A stretch of 64,000 nt of DNA from Desulfobacterales bacterium. Lineage in GTDB: Bacteria; Desulfobacterota; Desulfobacteria; Desulfobacterales; UBA5852. Below are positions 9,844 to 19,553 of the stretch, one piece after another. The notes below the pieces were generated by a model, which did not search any database, had not been told where the DNA came from, and saw only the letters and a program-made list of their open reading frames with translations. Where the stretch lies: assembly GCA_963674755.2 (NCBI GenBank), contig CAXXVS010000003.1, positions 1,184,001 to 1,248,000 on the forward strand, read 5' to 3'. The position numbers and the translations under genes were made by a program. Positions within the stretch are counted from its first letter, which is position 1; the number at the start of each line of letters is the position of its first letter.

Positions 9844-10290
9844 TTAACCTTTCTGGATCAGGTAGAGGCTGACCAGCAACCCCGCACTCCCGAGCAATCG
9901 GGAAAGGCCTATGGGATGCCGGGCAAGGCCGAACAGGCCGAAGTGGTCCAGGATTACCGACAGGATGAGTTGACCCACGATCGTGGCGACCACCGTGCTG
10001 GCGATGCCGATATGGGGGGTCAGCACCAGCAGGGTGGTGACGAATATGACGCCGTAGATGCCGCCCGTATAGTAGATCGGCGGAATGGCTCTGAGTTGGG
10101 CCAAGGAGGGCAGGGCCGGGTGCAGCGCCAGCAGGACGACGATGAGCAGGAGCACCGCGCCGAAAAACGAGATGAAGGTGGCCTGCAGCGGATGGTTGAG
10201 GCCTTCGCTCAAGCGGGCATTGATTGATCCCTGGATCGGCACCAGCCCGCCGGCGCATAACGCCACCACAAGCAGCAGCAGATTTTTCAT
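9844..10290 (-). CDS. DMT superfamily transporter (YdcZ-like)
   Basis: Q..IN..L pattern, YYTGGIYG, GQLILSVILDHFGLFG; 5 TM. Confidence 0.85.
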   Translation of the reverse strand: MKNLLLLVVALCAGGLVPIQGSINARLSEGLNHPLQATFISFFGAVLLLIVVLLALHPALPSLAQLRAIPPIYYTGGIYGVIFVTTLLVLTPHIGIASTVVATIVGQLILSVILDHFGLFGLARHPIGLSRLLGSAGLLVSLYLIQKG

Positions 10291-10505
10291 ATTTCCCCTT
10301 TCGGATATTTATCCTATCAGCAATATCGAGATCTTCCTACTCTAGTCACTTTTCCTGATCAGGAAATGGCAACCTTTCGAAAAAATATGAATGAGCTGCA
10401 ATGGCGATTGCAAAAATAGATCTGGCGAGGCCGGATTCTCGACCGTTGTTTTATAGAAAGGAAACGAACAATTTTGCGTAAATGTTTAATGCGTATCGAT
10501 ACGCA

Positions 10506-11651
10506 TTAAACCACCGTCAGATGCATGAAGCAGTGCGAAAACCGCCCGCTTTCCGGGATGAAGCACAGCAGGCGCTGGCCCGGTTCCAAGTCCCCGGATT
10601 TGAAAAGCGCCTCCATGATGAGGTAGATCGAGGCGGCGCCCACGTTGCCGGTGGTGTAGAGGTTGGTGAACCACTTCTCGTAGGGGATTTCGAAGCCGGC
10701 TTCCTGCATGCCGGCGTAGAACTTGTCCCGGAAGAAATGGGAGGAGTAGTGGGGCAGGTACCAGTCGATATCGGCGGGCTTGAGATTGTGTTTTGCGGCG
10801 GCCCGGCGCAGGGCGCGGGTCATGGTGGGGACGATCTCGCGGCCCAGCAGGCGCGCGTCCTGGCGCACGGCCAGAAAATTGCAGCAAGCCGCTTCCTTGG
10901 CCGAGGAGGCGGCCCGCCAACCGCTGACCGTGCGGTCTTCGTTCTTCCAGCCGCCGGCGTACATGCAGGTCTCCAGCTCGCCGGCAAAGCTGACATTCTC
11001 GATCCAGTCCACCCGCAGGGAAATACCCTCCGGATTTTTCTCCCCGGAGATAAAGGCCGCCCCGGCCCCGTCGGAAAGCATCCAGCGCAGGAAGTCGGCG
11101 TCGAAGGCCAGGATGGGTTTCTTGGCCAGATCCGCTTCGGGGTCGTCGGCAATCACCGAGAAGAAATCGGCCCGCAGATAGGATGAGGACAATTCCGATC
11201 CGGTGGCAACGGCGTTGGATGAGAAGCCCGCCGCCACGTTCATGCAGGCATGCTTCAAGGCCGTCATCCCGGCGATGCAGATGCCGGCCGTGGTCACGGC
11301 GTCGCAGGCCGGCAGGCAGAGCTCTCCCATAACCATCAGGGCGTGGCCGGGCAGGAGCACGTCCGGGCTGGTGGTGCCGCAGCACAGGCAGGCGATGTCT
11401 TCCAGGTTGAAATTCGCGTAGGGTTTGAGGCGCCGCACAGCCTCGGCCGTGAGCTGGGCGTTGCTGTGGGTGAATTCACCGGTTTCCGGATCCAGGGCGT
11501 AATAGCGCTGCTTGATCTTGTTGTTGCGCAGCATGATGGCCTTGGACCTGGACGGAATGGCCTTGATCCGGCCGAGCACGTCTTCGATGCGCTCGTTCGT
11601 GACCGGTTCGTTGGGCAGAAAGGAGGCGAGATCGGTAATATAGGCGTCCAT
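10506..11651 (-). CDS. darB: DarB/StlD-type beta-ketoacyl-ACP synthase III
   Basis: FLPNEPV, CGTTSPD.LLPGH, catalytic AGIC, FLRWMLSDGAGA, PHYSS, GNVGAAS, PESGRF. Confidence 0.8.
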   Translation of the reverse strand: MDAYITDLASFLPNEPVTNERIEDVLGRIKAIPSRSKAIMLRNNKIKQRYYALDPETGEFTHSNAQLTAEAVRRLKPYANFNLEDIACLCCGTTSPDVLLPGHALMVMGELCLPACDAVTTAGICIAGMTALKHACMNVAAGFSSNAVATGSELSSSYLRADFFSVIADDPEADLAKKPILAFDADFLRWMLSDGAGAAFISGEKNPEGISLRVDWIENVSFAGELETCMYAGGWKNEDRTVSGWRAASSAKEAACCNFLAVRQDARLLGREIVPTMTRALRRAAAKHNLKPADIDWYLPHYSSHFFRDKFYAGMQEAGFEIPYEKWFTNLYTTGNVGAASIYLIMEALFKSGDLEPGQRLLCFIPESGRFSHCFMHLTVV

Positions 11652-11663
11652 TGATACCTCAAA

Positions 11664-12593
11664 TCAGGATTCGTAGCGATTGCTGCGGTAATAGGCCACG
11701 GCCTTCTCGATAGAGGCCTTCCTGAGCCACAGGGTGACCTTGGCGGCCAGGGTGGCCAGCGGCGCCAGCACCACGATGGCCGCCAAAAGATAAAAGAAAA
11801 AGGCCAGCACCCGGCGCTGACGGGTCGGCGCTCCCGGGCCGCCCTTTTGGCGGATGAAGCGGGCCCAGATGCGAAAGACGCGCCGGATGCGGTGTTCGAA
11901 AATAATGTAGGCCGGCTCCACCGCCACCGCTCCCACGGCGTTCAGCACCTCTTGGTCAAGCCTGGTGATATCTTCCTGCAAAGCCTTGCGCAGGATGATG
12001 CCGAAGCGCGATGCCCGGCGGATGTCCTCCGCGTCCACCCCCGGTTTGGGGAGAAGCCCCAACAGACGGTCCTTGCGGCCGGTGAGCATCCAATAGGCAA
12101 TGGTGGCCACCCCGGTCAGGTTGCCGGCCCGGTCTCCCAGCACGATATTGCCCACCAGGCGCGCGTCCAGCTCCTGGAGACGCTGTTTGACCTGTTCCTG
12201 GGCCAGGAGCCACATATTGCGGCAGCCGATCACGGTTACCACCGGAGTGCCCGGAAAAAGCCGCGCCGCCGCGGGGGATCGCAGAAAGGCCTGCACCGGC
12301 AGGGAAGGCGACAGGTACCACACCGTGTAAGCCAGCACGATCAGGTCGAAGCGGGCTTCGGGATCGAGTTCGAGGGGCGCCAGTTCGCAGGGCACGCCTT
12401 CCACCGACTCCGGGAACACGTCGCAGAAACGCTGGGTCGTCCAGGGGAAAGGATAGGCCGGCTGGGGTTTGAGCGCCAGGGGGGTGATCGCGATCTTGGG
12501 AGCCTCGGCCAGGGGGCCCAGGAGGGAATCGACAATGTCCGTCAACTGGCCGGTCTGGGAATAGTGGACTACGAGAACCTTTGTCATCGTCAC
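11664..12593 (-). CDS. darA: Dialkylresorcinol condensing enzyme DarA-like
   Basis: VLVVHYSQTGQL, YPFPW...FPES, YTVWYLSPSLP, GCRNMW; directly upstream of darB. Confidence 0.8.
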   Translation of the reverse strand: MTMTKVLVVHYSQTGQLTDIVDSLLGPLAEAPKIAITPLALKPQPAYPFPWTTQRFCDVFPESVEGVPCELAPLELDPEARFDLIVLAYTVWYLSPSLPVQAFLRSPAAARLFPGTPVVTVIGCRNMWLLAQEQVKQRLQELDARLVGNIVLGDRAGNLTGVATIAYWMLTGRKDRLLGLLPKPGVDAEDIRRASRFGIILRKALQEDITRLDQEVLNAVGAVAVEPAYIIFEHRIRRVFRIWARFIRQKGGPGAPTRQRRVLAFFFYLLAAIVVLAPLATLAAKVTLWLRKASIEKAVAYYRSNRYES

Positions 12594-12647
12594 TCAGCCA
12601 GGCGCTTTCCCGGCCCCGTAAAACGTCTATTGAACGAAACGCTTGGC

Positions 12648-12718
12648 GCCACGAAGATTACGAAGAAATGCCGGGAGGTTGACCCGCTATGCTCCGTTTT
12701 CTTCGTGCCCTCCATGGC
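12648..12718. repeat. Intergenic imperfect palindrome (REP-like)
   Basis: GCCACGAAGATTACGAAGAAA ... TTTCTTCGTGCCCTCCATGGC form an imperfect inverted repeat. Confidence 0.45.
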
Positions 12719-12812
12719 GAACGCTGGTGCTGGTGTTTCCAAGCAACTGAAGCGTTCACTTAAACAAAAAAGCAAGCTAATTTGACCATTTTCCGGCCAA
12801 AAGTCAACCGGG

Positions 12813-13862
12813 TCAATTGGCGGTATGGCTGTTCTTCCAGCACAGGGGATCCGATGCCAGATAATCACCGGTCATCTGGAAGGCCGCCCCCCGGCAGCCG
12901 TAACATTCCGCCGCCCGCTCGCACTCCCGGCAGGGTCCCTTGATGGTCTCGCGGTGGCGCTTCAGGTTCCGGATGACCTCGCTCGTGCGCAGGATGTCAG
13001 CCAGGGGCGTTTCGCGGATATTGCCCACGGCTAGGGTCACCCCCACGCAGGGCAGCACATCGCCCCGGGCCGTGACCAGACAGGAGAAGCGGTGGCGCAG
13101 GCATTTGTTGCCTACCAGGGGCGGCTGGGGCTCCCAGACAAGGCCGTAGCGTTCCCGGTCCAGTCGGGCAATTGCGTAGAAGAGCCGCTCCAGTTCCTCG
13201 GGAGGGACGTTAAGCTCGGGATGATTCGCGGCGTTGGCCTGGGGGGTGATGATTTCGAAATAGGGGGCGATGCCCCGGTCGCGCAACCACTGCCACATGG
13301 TGAGGATGTCGCCCCGATTTTCCCGGCAGATGACGGTGCTCACGGCCAGGAAGCGATCCTCGGACGGATAGCCGGCCTGCCGCAGACGGTTCAGGGATTC
13401 CCGAATCTGCCGATAGCTGCCCTTGACGCCGGTCAGCCGATCCTGGGTGGCTTCGTCGAAGGAGTTCATCTTCAGGACGACCCGCACCGATCGCCCGGCC
13501 AGGGCATCGGCCAGGGCCGGGGTGATCCCCGAGCCGTTGGTGAACATTTCCACGGCCATCCCCTGACCGCGGATAAAGTCGATCATCGCGATGAGATGGG
13601 GGTAGATGCTGGGCTCCCCGCCCAGGATGATGATCTTGCGGGCCCCCAGGGCGTGCGCCTGCCGGATCACGTCGTTTATCTCGCTGCGGCTGAGCTCCTG
13701 GGACACGTCCGGGTTCCGGGGCACGTAGCAGTATGGGCAGCGATAGTTGCAGCGCAGACTGAACTCGATCTCCATGGACAGCAGCCCGCCGCGTGCGGCC
13801 GTCTCCTCGATATCCGCTAGGGGAAACTCAAAATCCGAGGTTTGGATAAAACAGCTGGCCAT
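12813..13862 (-). CDS. Radical SAM/SPASM domain protein
   Basis: CNYRCPYC, GGEP, and SPASM cysteines (KCLRH..SC, GDVLPC, CRECERAAECYGCR, DPLC). Confidence 0.9.
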   Translation of the reverse strand: MASCFIQTSDFEFPLADIEETAARGGLLSMEIEFSLRCNYRCPYCYVPRNPDVSQELSRSEINDVIRQAHALGARKIIILGGEPSIYPHLIAMIDFIRGQGMAVEMFTNGSGITPALADALAGRSVRVVLKMNSFDEATQDRLTGVKGSYRQIRESLNRLRQAGYPSEDRFLAVSTVICRENRGDILTMWQWLRDRGIAPYFEIITPQANAANHPELNVPPEELERLFYAIARLDRERYGLVWEPQPPLVGNKCLRHRFSCLVTARGDVLPCVGVTLAVGNIRETPLADILRTSEVIRNLKRHRETIKGPCRECERAAECYGCRGAAFQMTGDYLASDPLCWKNSHTAN

Positions 13863-13995
13863 AAAGCAAGTCTTTCCATCCTATGAAAAAAGTCCCCACA
13901 GGGACCTCGATCCATCCGAGCCGGTATTTCGGCCCTGTGTCCATAACATGCCCGTCAACGTGTTGTCCATGGACCATTCCGGCACGGCAGTGCCG

Positions 13996-15012
13996 CTAAG
14001 GCGATTCAAACAATTGGGCCAGCTCGGCGGCCATCTCCGGATGGGTGCTTTTCAGCAAATCGTAATGCGCCCGGGCCTGATCGGGTCGCCCCAGGTGCTT
14101 CAAGAGCACCGCCAGGTTGAAGTGGGGGGCCGGCATGGTGGGATCGGCCTGCAGGGCCATTCCCCAGGCATCGAGGGCCAGGTCATATCGCTTGAGACGG
14201 TCATAGCAGTTGCCCAGGTTGTACCAGGCCTCCCCATCGTCGGCGTCGATGCGCACCGCGGCCTGAAACGCCAGCATGGCATCGTGATAGAGGGCCTGCT
14301 CCCCATAGATGACGCCCATATTGTAATAGGCCCGGCCGTAACCGGGATCGATCCGCAGGGCGGACTGGAAGGCCTGCAGGGCGTCATCCTTCTGTTCAAG
14401 GCGCCACAGGCACAGGCCAAGATTGTAGTAGACCTTCTCGTCTGCACCGTAGAGTTTCAGTCCCAGCCGATAGGCCCGGGCGGCTGCTTCATACTTCCCT
14501 TCCATGGCAAGCTGGTTGCCGAGCGCGATCCAGTCTTCTTCCTGGGCAACCGCCTCGGGGTCGGCCGTTTCCGTCTCCGGTGCCATCAGACGGACCAGCT
14601 CCGGATAGCCCCCGACGCGTGCCAGGTGGAGGGGGGTGCGCCCCAAATTGTCCGCCAGGGTGGCATCGGCGCCGTTTTCCACCAGCAGGGCCGTCATCTC
14701 CGCATAGCCCTTGAAGGCCGCCAGGTGCAGGGGCGTACGCCCGTCCCGGTCCCGGGCGTTTGCGTCCAGCCCGGCGGCGATCAGCAGACGGCCCGCCGCC
14801 ACGGCGTTGCTGTTGGCGGCCACATGCAGCAGGGTTTCACCCTTGAAGCCTTTCTTATGGGGATCGGCCCCGCGGTCCATCATCTGCTGCAGCTGGGCCG
14901 CATCATCGGTCCGCACCGCATCCTGGATGTAAGGCCCGCAGGCGTTTAGAAGAAGGAGCAACCAGAGAAAGGTCCCCCCAATAGCCAGACGCAAACGAAT
15001 TTCTTGTTGCAT
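13996..15012 (-). CDS. Ankyrin + TPR repeat lipoprotein
   Basis: Lipobox LNAC; ankyrin repeats GETLLHVAA, GRTPLHLAA, GRTPLHLA; TPRs YYNLG, YYNMG, WYNLG, HFNLA. Confidence 0.85.
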   Translation of the reverse strand: MQQEIRLRLAIGGTFLWLLLLLNACGPYIQDAVRTDDAAQLQQMMDRGADPHKKGFKGETLLHVAANSNAVAAGRLLIAAGLDANARDRDGRTPLHLAAFKGYAEMTALLVENGADATLADNLGRTPLHLARVGGYPELVRLMAPETETADPEAVAQEEDWIALGNQLAMEGKYEAAARAYRLGLKLYGADEKVYYNLGLCLWRLEQKDDALQAFQSALRIDPGYGRAYYNMGVIYGEQALYHDAMLAFQAAVRIDADDGEAWYNLGNCYDRLKRYDLALDAWGMALQADPTMPAPHFNLAVLLKHLGRPDQARAHYDLLKSTHPEMAAELAQLFESP

Positions 15013-15126
15013 CACTTTACAAGCATTAGCGCATAATCGTACAAAAGTAAGCCGCAACCCCATGACCCTTCAGATAAGCTCATTACGCCCATCCTCTCTT
15101 CTGGTAGCGTACAAGTTTGTTTCCAG

Positions 15127-15246
15127 AAAAGAGGCGTTTTTGCTCTGACCAAGGCCGCACAAGGGTTTTGCGGTGAGGCGTACGCCGGTACGCCGCAGCC
15201 GAAAAACCCGCTGCGACCGGCCGGTCAGGGGAAAAAAGACCATTTT
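15127..15246. repeat. Intergenic palindromic element (MITE/REP-like)
   Basis: Nested inverted repeats: CTGACC/GGTCAG, GGGTTTT/AAAACCC, central GGCGTAC-GCCG-GTACGCC-like stem. Confidence 0.45.
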
Positions 15247-15256
15247 GGTTCGGGTA

Positions 15257-16912
15257 CTAGCGGCAGGCAACGCTGTCCTTGATCCGCTTCACATGCCCCC
15301 TGCCCAACCCTTTGACCTCGCAGCCCAGCTCGAAATAGCACCGGATCTTGGCATCGTCCAGCAGATTGAAGCAGTCGATGACCGCCACCGGCCGCCCTGT
15401 CATTTCCACCACAGCCTCGGGTGCCAGGTCGCGATAAGCTTGGTGGCCCACCGCCAGCACGAAGGCGTCGACGCCCGCCAGGGCCGTTTCCAGCCGGTCG
15501 CAGACCACCAGATCTTTCAGCCCCTCCTGGTTGCGGAAAAAGCGACCCATGGAATGCCCGGGGGCCGGGTAGCTCTCCTGCTTTTCCAGCTCCCACCAGC
15601 GCTTCACATAGGGATCGTGGACCACCACGTCGGCCCCCATTTCCGCCAGTTTGCGCACGATCAATTCGGAGCCGCTGTAGCGTGTGTCGCCCACGTCCTG
15701 GCGGTAGGACGCCCCCAGAAGCGCAATCCGCGAGGCCGCCACGATTTTGCCCATGTTGCGCAGGGCGTCGCGTACCAGCTGCACGGCATGCAGGGCCCGG
15801 GTATCGTTGATGTCGATGGCCAGGGGGGTGATTTTGAAAATGTCGTCCTCGAAGCCCATCAGGGTGTTGTAGGCCCAGACGCCCAGGCCGCCGTCCTTGG
15901 GCAGGCAATAGCCGCCGATGCCGGGTCCCGGAAAAATGATGTTGGAGTGGGTGGGACGCACCTTGATGGCGTCCACCACCTTGGTCAAATCCACGCCGTT
16001 GCGCTCGGAGAAAAGGCTCCACTCGTCCAGAAAGGCCAGCAGGGTGGCCCGGTAGGCGTTTTCCACGATCTTGCAGGTTTCGCTTTCGATGGGACGGTCC
16101 AGCACGGTCAGGGGAAATTTCTCAACGTTGAGCACCCGGGAGAGAAAGCGGACGACCTTTTCCCGGGCCGTGGCATCGATGCCGCTGCAGACCCGCCAGA
16201 ACTCCTTGATGGAGGCCACATAGTCCCGCCCGGGCATGACCCGCTCGAAGCTGTGGGCCAGGCAGGGTTCGGCTGTTTGCATCCCCCGGGCTTCAAAGGC
16301 CTTTTTCATGATGGGATAGGCCACGTACTCGGTGGTCCCCGGGGGCACCGTAGTCTCGATCAGGACCAGGCATTCCGGGGTGATCTTGTCGCCGATGACC
16401 TTCAGGCTCTCCTCCAGGGCCTTGATATCGGCATGCCCCTGGCGCACATTGCCTAGCGTCTCCTTGAAATAATCGCACTGCACGTCCACCACCACCACGT
16501 CCGCCAGGCGGAGGGCGTCGTAGGTATAGGTGGCCACAAGGGTCTTCTTGGTCTTGACGCAGCGTGCGATCAGGGGGGCCACTTCAGGGTCTTCGGCTTC
16601 CACCGGTGCCTTTCCCTGGTTGAGACAGGGGATCTTCCAGAAAGAGCGCACCGAAGGCCGCTGCATCCCGATGACGAAGTAGGGCGAATCGCCCGTGGCC
16701 TTATCCTCGGCATCGGCCACCACGCCGGCCATGACAGCCCCCACGAAACCCACCCCCATGACCACCACGATCTGCCGGCCGGCGGCCCGCTGTTTGTCGA
16801 CGAGGGTTTGCAGTCGTTCGAATTCCCGGTCATAATCTTCCTCTGCCGGGAGGGGGAAGGTTTCGCCGCTGGGGGACATGGACGTCAATTGATCCGGTGT
16901 GTTCACTGTCAT
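15257..16912 (-). CDS. Nucleotide-sugar dehydrogenase (UDP-glucose/GDP-mannose dehydrogenase family)
   Basis: GVGFVG, IETTVPPGTTE, KIVENAYR, PGPGIGGYCLPKD, VGDTRYS. Confidence 0.9.
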   Translation of the reverse strand: MTVNTPDQLTSMSPSGETFPLPAEEDYDREFERLQTLVDKQRAAGRQIVVVMGVGFVGAVMAGVVADAEDKATGDSPYFVIGMQRPSVRSFWKIPCLNQGKAPVEAEDPEVAPLIARCVKTKKTLVATYTYDALRLADVVVVDVQCDYFKETLGNVRQGHADIKALEESLKVIGDKITPECLVLIETTVPPGTTEYVAYPIMKKAFEARGMQTAEPCLAHSFERVMPGRDYVASIKEFWRVCSGIDATAREKVVRFLSRVLNVEKFPLTVLDRPIESETCKIVENAYRATLLAFLDEWSLFSERNGVDLTKVVDAIKVRPTHSNIIFPGPGIGGYCLPKDGGLGVWAYNTLMGFEDDIFKITPLAIDINDTRALHAVQLVRDALRNMGKIVAASRIALLGASYRQDVGDTRYSGSELIVRKLAEMGADVVVHDPYVKRWWELEKQESYPAPGHSMGRFFRNQEGLKDLVVCDRLETALAGVDAFVLAVGHQAYRDLAPEAVVEMTGRPVAVIDCFNLLDDAKIRCYFELGCEVKGLGRGHVKRIKDSVACR

Positions 16913-17051
16913 GGTGGCGGTCCTCTTTCGGTAAGGGGTAGTCGTTGGGCGTGTGTCGTCATTCTCCGGCTTGACCGGAGAATCCAGTATCGAGAATCCC
17001 ATATCCGGTCATGCCAATGGGCGTTAACCGGGCTCCACCTCGACAACTCCA

Positions 17052-18176
17052 CTACCTTAAAGTTTCGAGGTAGTCTCGATAGGTAGCCTCGATGCCTGCC
17101 CGTAAGGATATGGCCGGACGCCAGCCGAGCCGCTTGAGGCGCGAGACGTCGAGCCGTTTCCGGGGGGTGCCGTCGGGCCGGGATGCATCCCAGGCGATAT
17201 CGCCGCCATAACCCACCACTTGGCGCACCAGGTCGGCCAGTTCCCGGATGGTCTGGTCCTCACCTGTGCCCACATTGAGCAGATAGGTTTCCGGCCGCAG
17301 ATTTGGCGTCTCCTCCTCCGATCCTCCGGACGAGGGCGCGCAGACCCGAGCCAGGGCCTGTTCCGGCCGGGCCATGATAAAAAGGCAGGCCGCCGCCAGG
17401 TCGTCCACATGCAGGAATTCGCGGTAGGGCGTTCCGGTGCCCCACAGCACCAGTTGCGGTTTAGGCCCTTCCCGGGCTGCAGCTACGCCGTCGGCCACCG
17501 CCGAAGGAATTCCCAGGTGTGCCCGCAGATCATCGGGCAGGGGGCCGTGACAGTGTTCGTCCCGGGCAATGGCCGCCCAGTCTTGCTGCACCGCCAGTTT
17601 GGCCAGGTGGCACTTGCGGATGAGGGCCGGCAGGACGTGGGAGGTTTCCAGATCATAGTTGTCGTTGGGACCGTATAGATTGGTGGGCATCACGGCCCGG
17701 AAGTGGGTCCCGTACTGGCGGTTGTAGGATTCACACAGCTTGATACCGGCGATCTTGGCAATGGCGTAGGGTTCGTTGGTGGGCTCCAGCCAGCCTCCCA
17801 GGAGAGCCTCCTCCCGCATGGGCTGGGACGCCATTTTGGGATAGATGCAGGAACTCCCCAGAAAAAGAAGTTCCCTTACGCCGGACTGGTGGGCGGCGTG
17901 GATCACATTGGTTTGGATCATCAGGTTCTGGTAGATGAATTCCGCGGGGAAGGCGTTGTTGGCCTGGATGCCGCCCACCCGGGCGGCGGCCAGAAAAACG
18001 CAATCCACAGGAGTTTCCGCGAAAAATTGGCCCACGGCCTGCTGGTCGGTCAGATCCAGGGCGGCATGGGAACGGGTAATGACGTTGTGAAACCCTTCCC
18101 GCGCCAGGCCGCGCTGCAGGGCGGCCCCCACCATGCCGCCGTGCCCCGCCAGAAAAATGCGCGTATCAGTGTTCAT
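17052..18176 (-). CDS. fcl: GDP-L-fucose synthase
   Basis: AGHGGMVG, AAARVGGI, LGSSCIYPK, YAIAK, MPTNLYGP, REFLHVDD, PDGTPRK. Confidence 0.95.
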   Translation of the reverse strand: MNTDTRIFLAGHGGMVGAALQRGLAREGFHNVITRSHAALDLTDQQAVGQFFAETPVDCVFLAAARVGGIQANNAFPAEFIYQNLMIQTNVIHAAHQSGVRELLFLGSSCIYPKMASQPMREEALLGGWLEPTNEPYAIAKIAGIKLCESYNRQYGTHFRAVMPTNLYGPNDNYDLETSHVLPALIRKCHLAKLAVQQDWAAIARDEHCHGPLPDDLRAHLGIPSAVADGVAAAREGPKPQLVLWGTGTPYREFLHVDDLAAACLFIMARPEQALARVCAPSSGGSEEETPNLRPETYLLNVGTGEDQTIRELADLVRQVVGYGGDIAWDASRPDGTPRKRLDVSRLKRLGWRPAISLRAGIEATYRDYLETLR

Positions 18177-18200
18177 ACTAGATTGCCTTCTTACAATTTC

Positions 18201-18343
18201 GAATTGGTTTCAAAGCGTCAGATCACGTTCGAGGGCAAGGCGCAGCCTGATGAAAAAGCGCAGCATATATAGCATATGTGAGCATTTTGAAGAAGGCGGC
18301 AACGCCGCCATTCGGACGTTAGATGATGCTTTGAGACCAATTC
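18201..18343. mobile_element. 143-bp MITE-like element between gmd and fcl
   Basis: Terminal inverted repeats GAATTGGTTTCAAAGCGTCA (18201-18220) and TGATGCTTTGAGACCAATTC (18324-18343) match at 18 of 20 positions; non-coding. Confidence 0.6.
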
Positions 18344-18346
18344 TGG

Positions 18347-19462
18347 TTATTCGGTGTGCCGGGCCACCGGAAACCCGGCAATGTCACACAACCGGTCCCG
18401 ATCGGCGCCCTTCAGGTCTTCCTGCACCATGGCGCCCACCAACGCCTCAAAAGAGACCCGAGGCGCCCAGCCCAACACCTCCCGCGCTTTGCTGGCATCC
18501 CCCTGGAGATATTCCACTTCGGTGGGCCGGAAATAGGTGGGGTCGATGCGCACCACCGTATCACCCGGACGCAAGGCGCTGCCCTTGCCGCCGTCGACGG
18601 CGTCCACGATACCCATTTCCTCGATGCCCTCACCTTCCCAGCGCAGACCGACGCCCACCTCGGCAAAGGCCGCGGCCACGAGTTCCCGCACCGAATGGAC
18701 CTGCCCGGTGGCGATCACAAAATCATCGGGCTGGTCCTGCTGCAGGATGCGCCACATGGCATCGACATAGTCCCGGGCATGTCCCCAGTCCCGGTGGGCT
18801 TCCAGGTTGCCGAGGTAGACGCAGCGCTGGAGCCCCATATGCATGCGTGCCACGGCCCGGGTCACCTTGCGGGTAACAAAGGTTTCGCCCCGGATGGGGG
18901 ATTCGTGGTTGAAGAGGATGCCGTTGCAGGCATACATCCCGTAGGCTTCCCGGTAGTTGACGGTGATCCAGTAGGCATACACCTTGGCGGCCCCGTAAGG
19001 GCTGCGGGGATAAAAGGGCGTCGCCTCGGTCTGGGGGGTCTCCCGCACCTTGCCGTACATCTCGCTGGTGGAGGCCTGGTAGAAGCGTACGGTCTGCTCC
19101 AGACCCAGGATGCGGATCGCTTCCAGAATGCGCAAGGTTCCCAGGGCATCGGAATTAGCCGTATACTCAGGGGTTTCAAAGGAGACTTTGACGTGGCTCT
19201 GGGCCGCCAGATTGTAAATTTCGTCCGGTCGGGTCTCCTGGATGATGCGAATCAGGTTGGTGGCGTCCGTGAGATCCCCGTAATGCATGAAAAACCGGAC
19301 GTCCTGATCGTGGGGGTCCTTGTAGAGATGATCCACGCGCCCGGTATTGAAACTGGAGGAACGCCGTTTGATGCCGTGCACTTCGTAACCCTTGGTCAAC
19401 AGCAATTCCGCCAGATAGGCCCCGTCCTGGCCGGTAATGCCGGTAATCAACGCTTTTTTCAT
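18347..19462 (-). CDS. gmd: GDP-mannose 4,6-dehydratase
   Basis: [51 protein letters not shown]. Confidence 0.96.
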   Translation of the reverse strand: MKKALITGITGQDGAYLAELLLTKGYEVHGIKRRSSSFNTGRVDHLYKDPHDQDVRFFMHYGDLTDATNLIRIIQETRPDEIYNLAAQSHVKVSFETPEYTANSDALGTLRILEAIRILGLEQTVRFYQASTSEMYGKVRETPQTEATPFYPRSPYGAAKVYAYWITVNYREAYGMYACNGILFNHESPIRGETFVTRKVTRAVARMHMGLQRCVYLGNLEAHRDWGHARDYVDAMWRILQQDQPDDFVIATGQVHSVRELVAAAFAEVGVGLRWEGEGIEEMGIVDAVDGGKGSALRPGDTVVRIDPTYFRPTEVEYLQGDASKAREVLGWAPRVSFEALVGAMVQEDLKGADRDRLCDIAGFPVARHTE

Positions 19463-19553
19463 TGGTTTGTCCAACCTTTTCAAAAGATTTAAGTGGCTTA
19501 TGGGAAGAAGATTTTCCGGAAACCGCCGAGACCCCTCGCTATCGGAGAAAATG

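Noticed and set aside
13863..13995. RiPP precursor peptide for the radical SAM/SPASM enzyme
   Set aside because: No short ORF with RBS or characteristic composition found in the flanking spacers.
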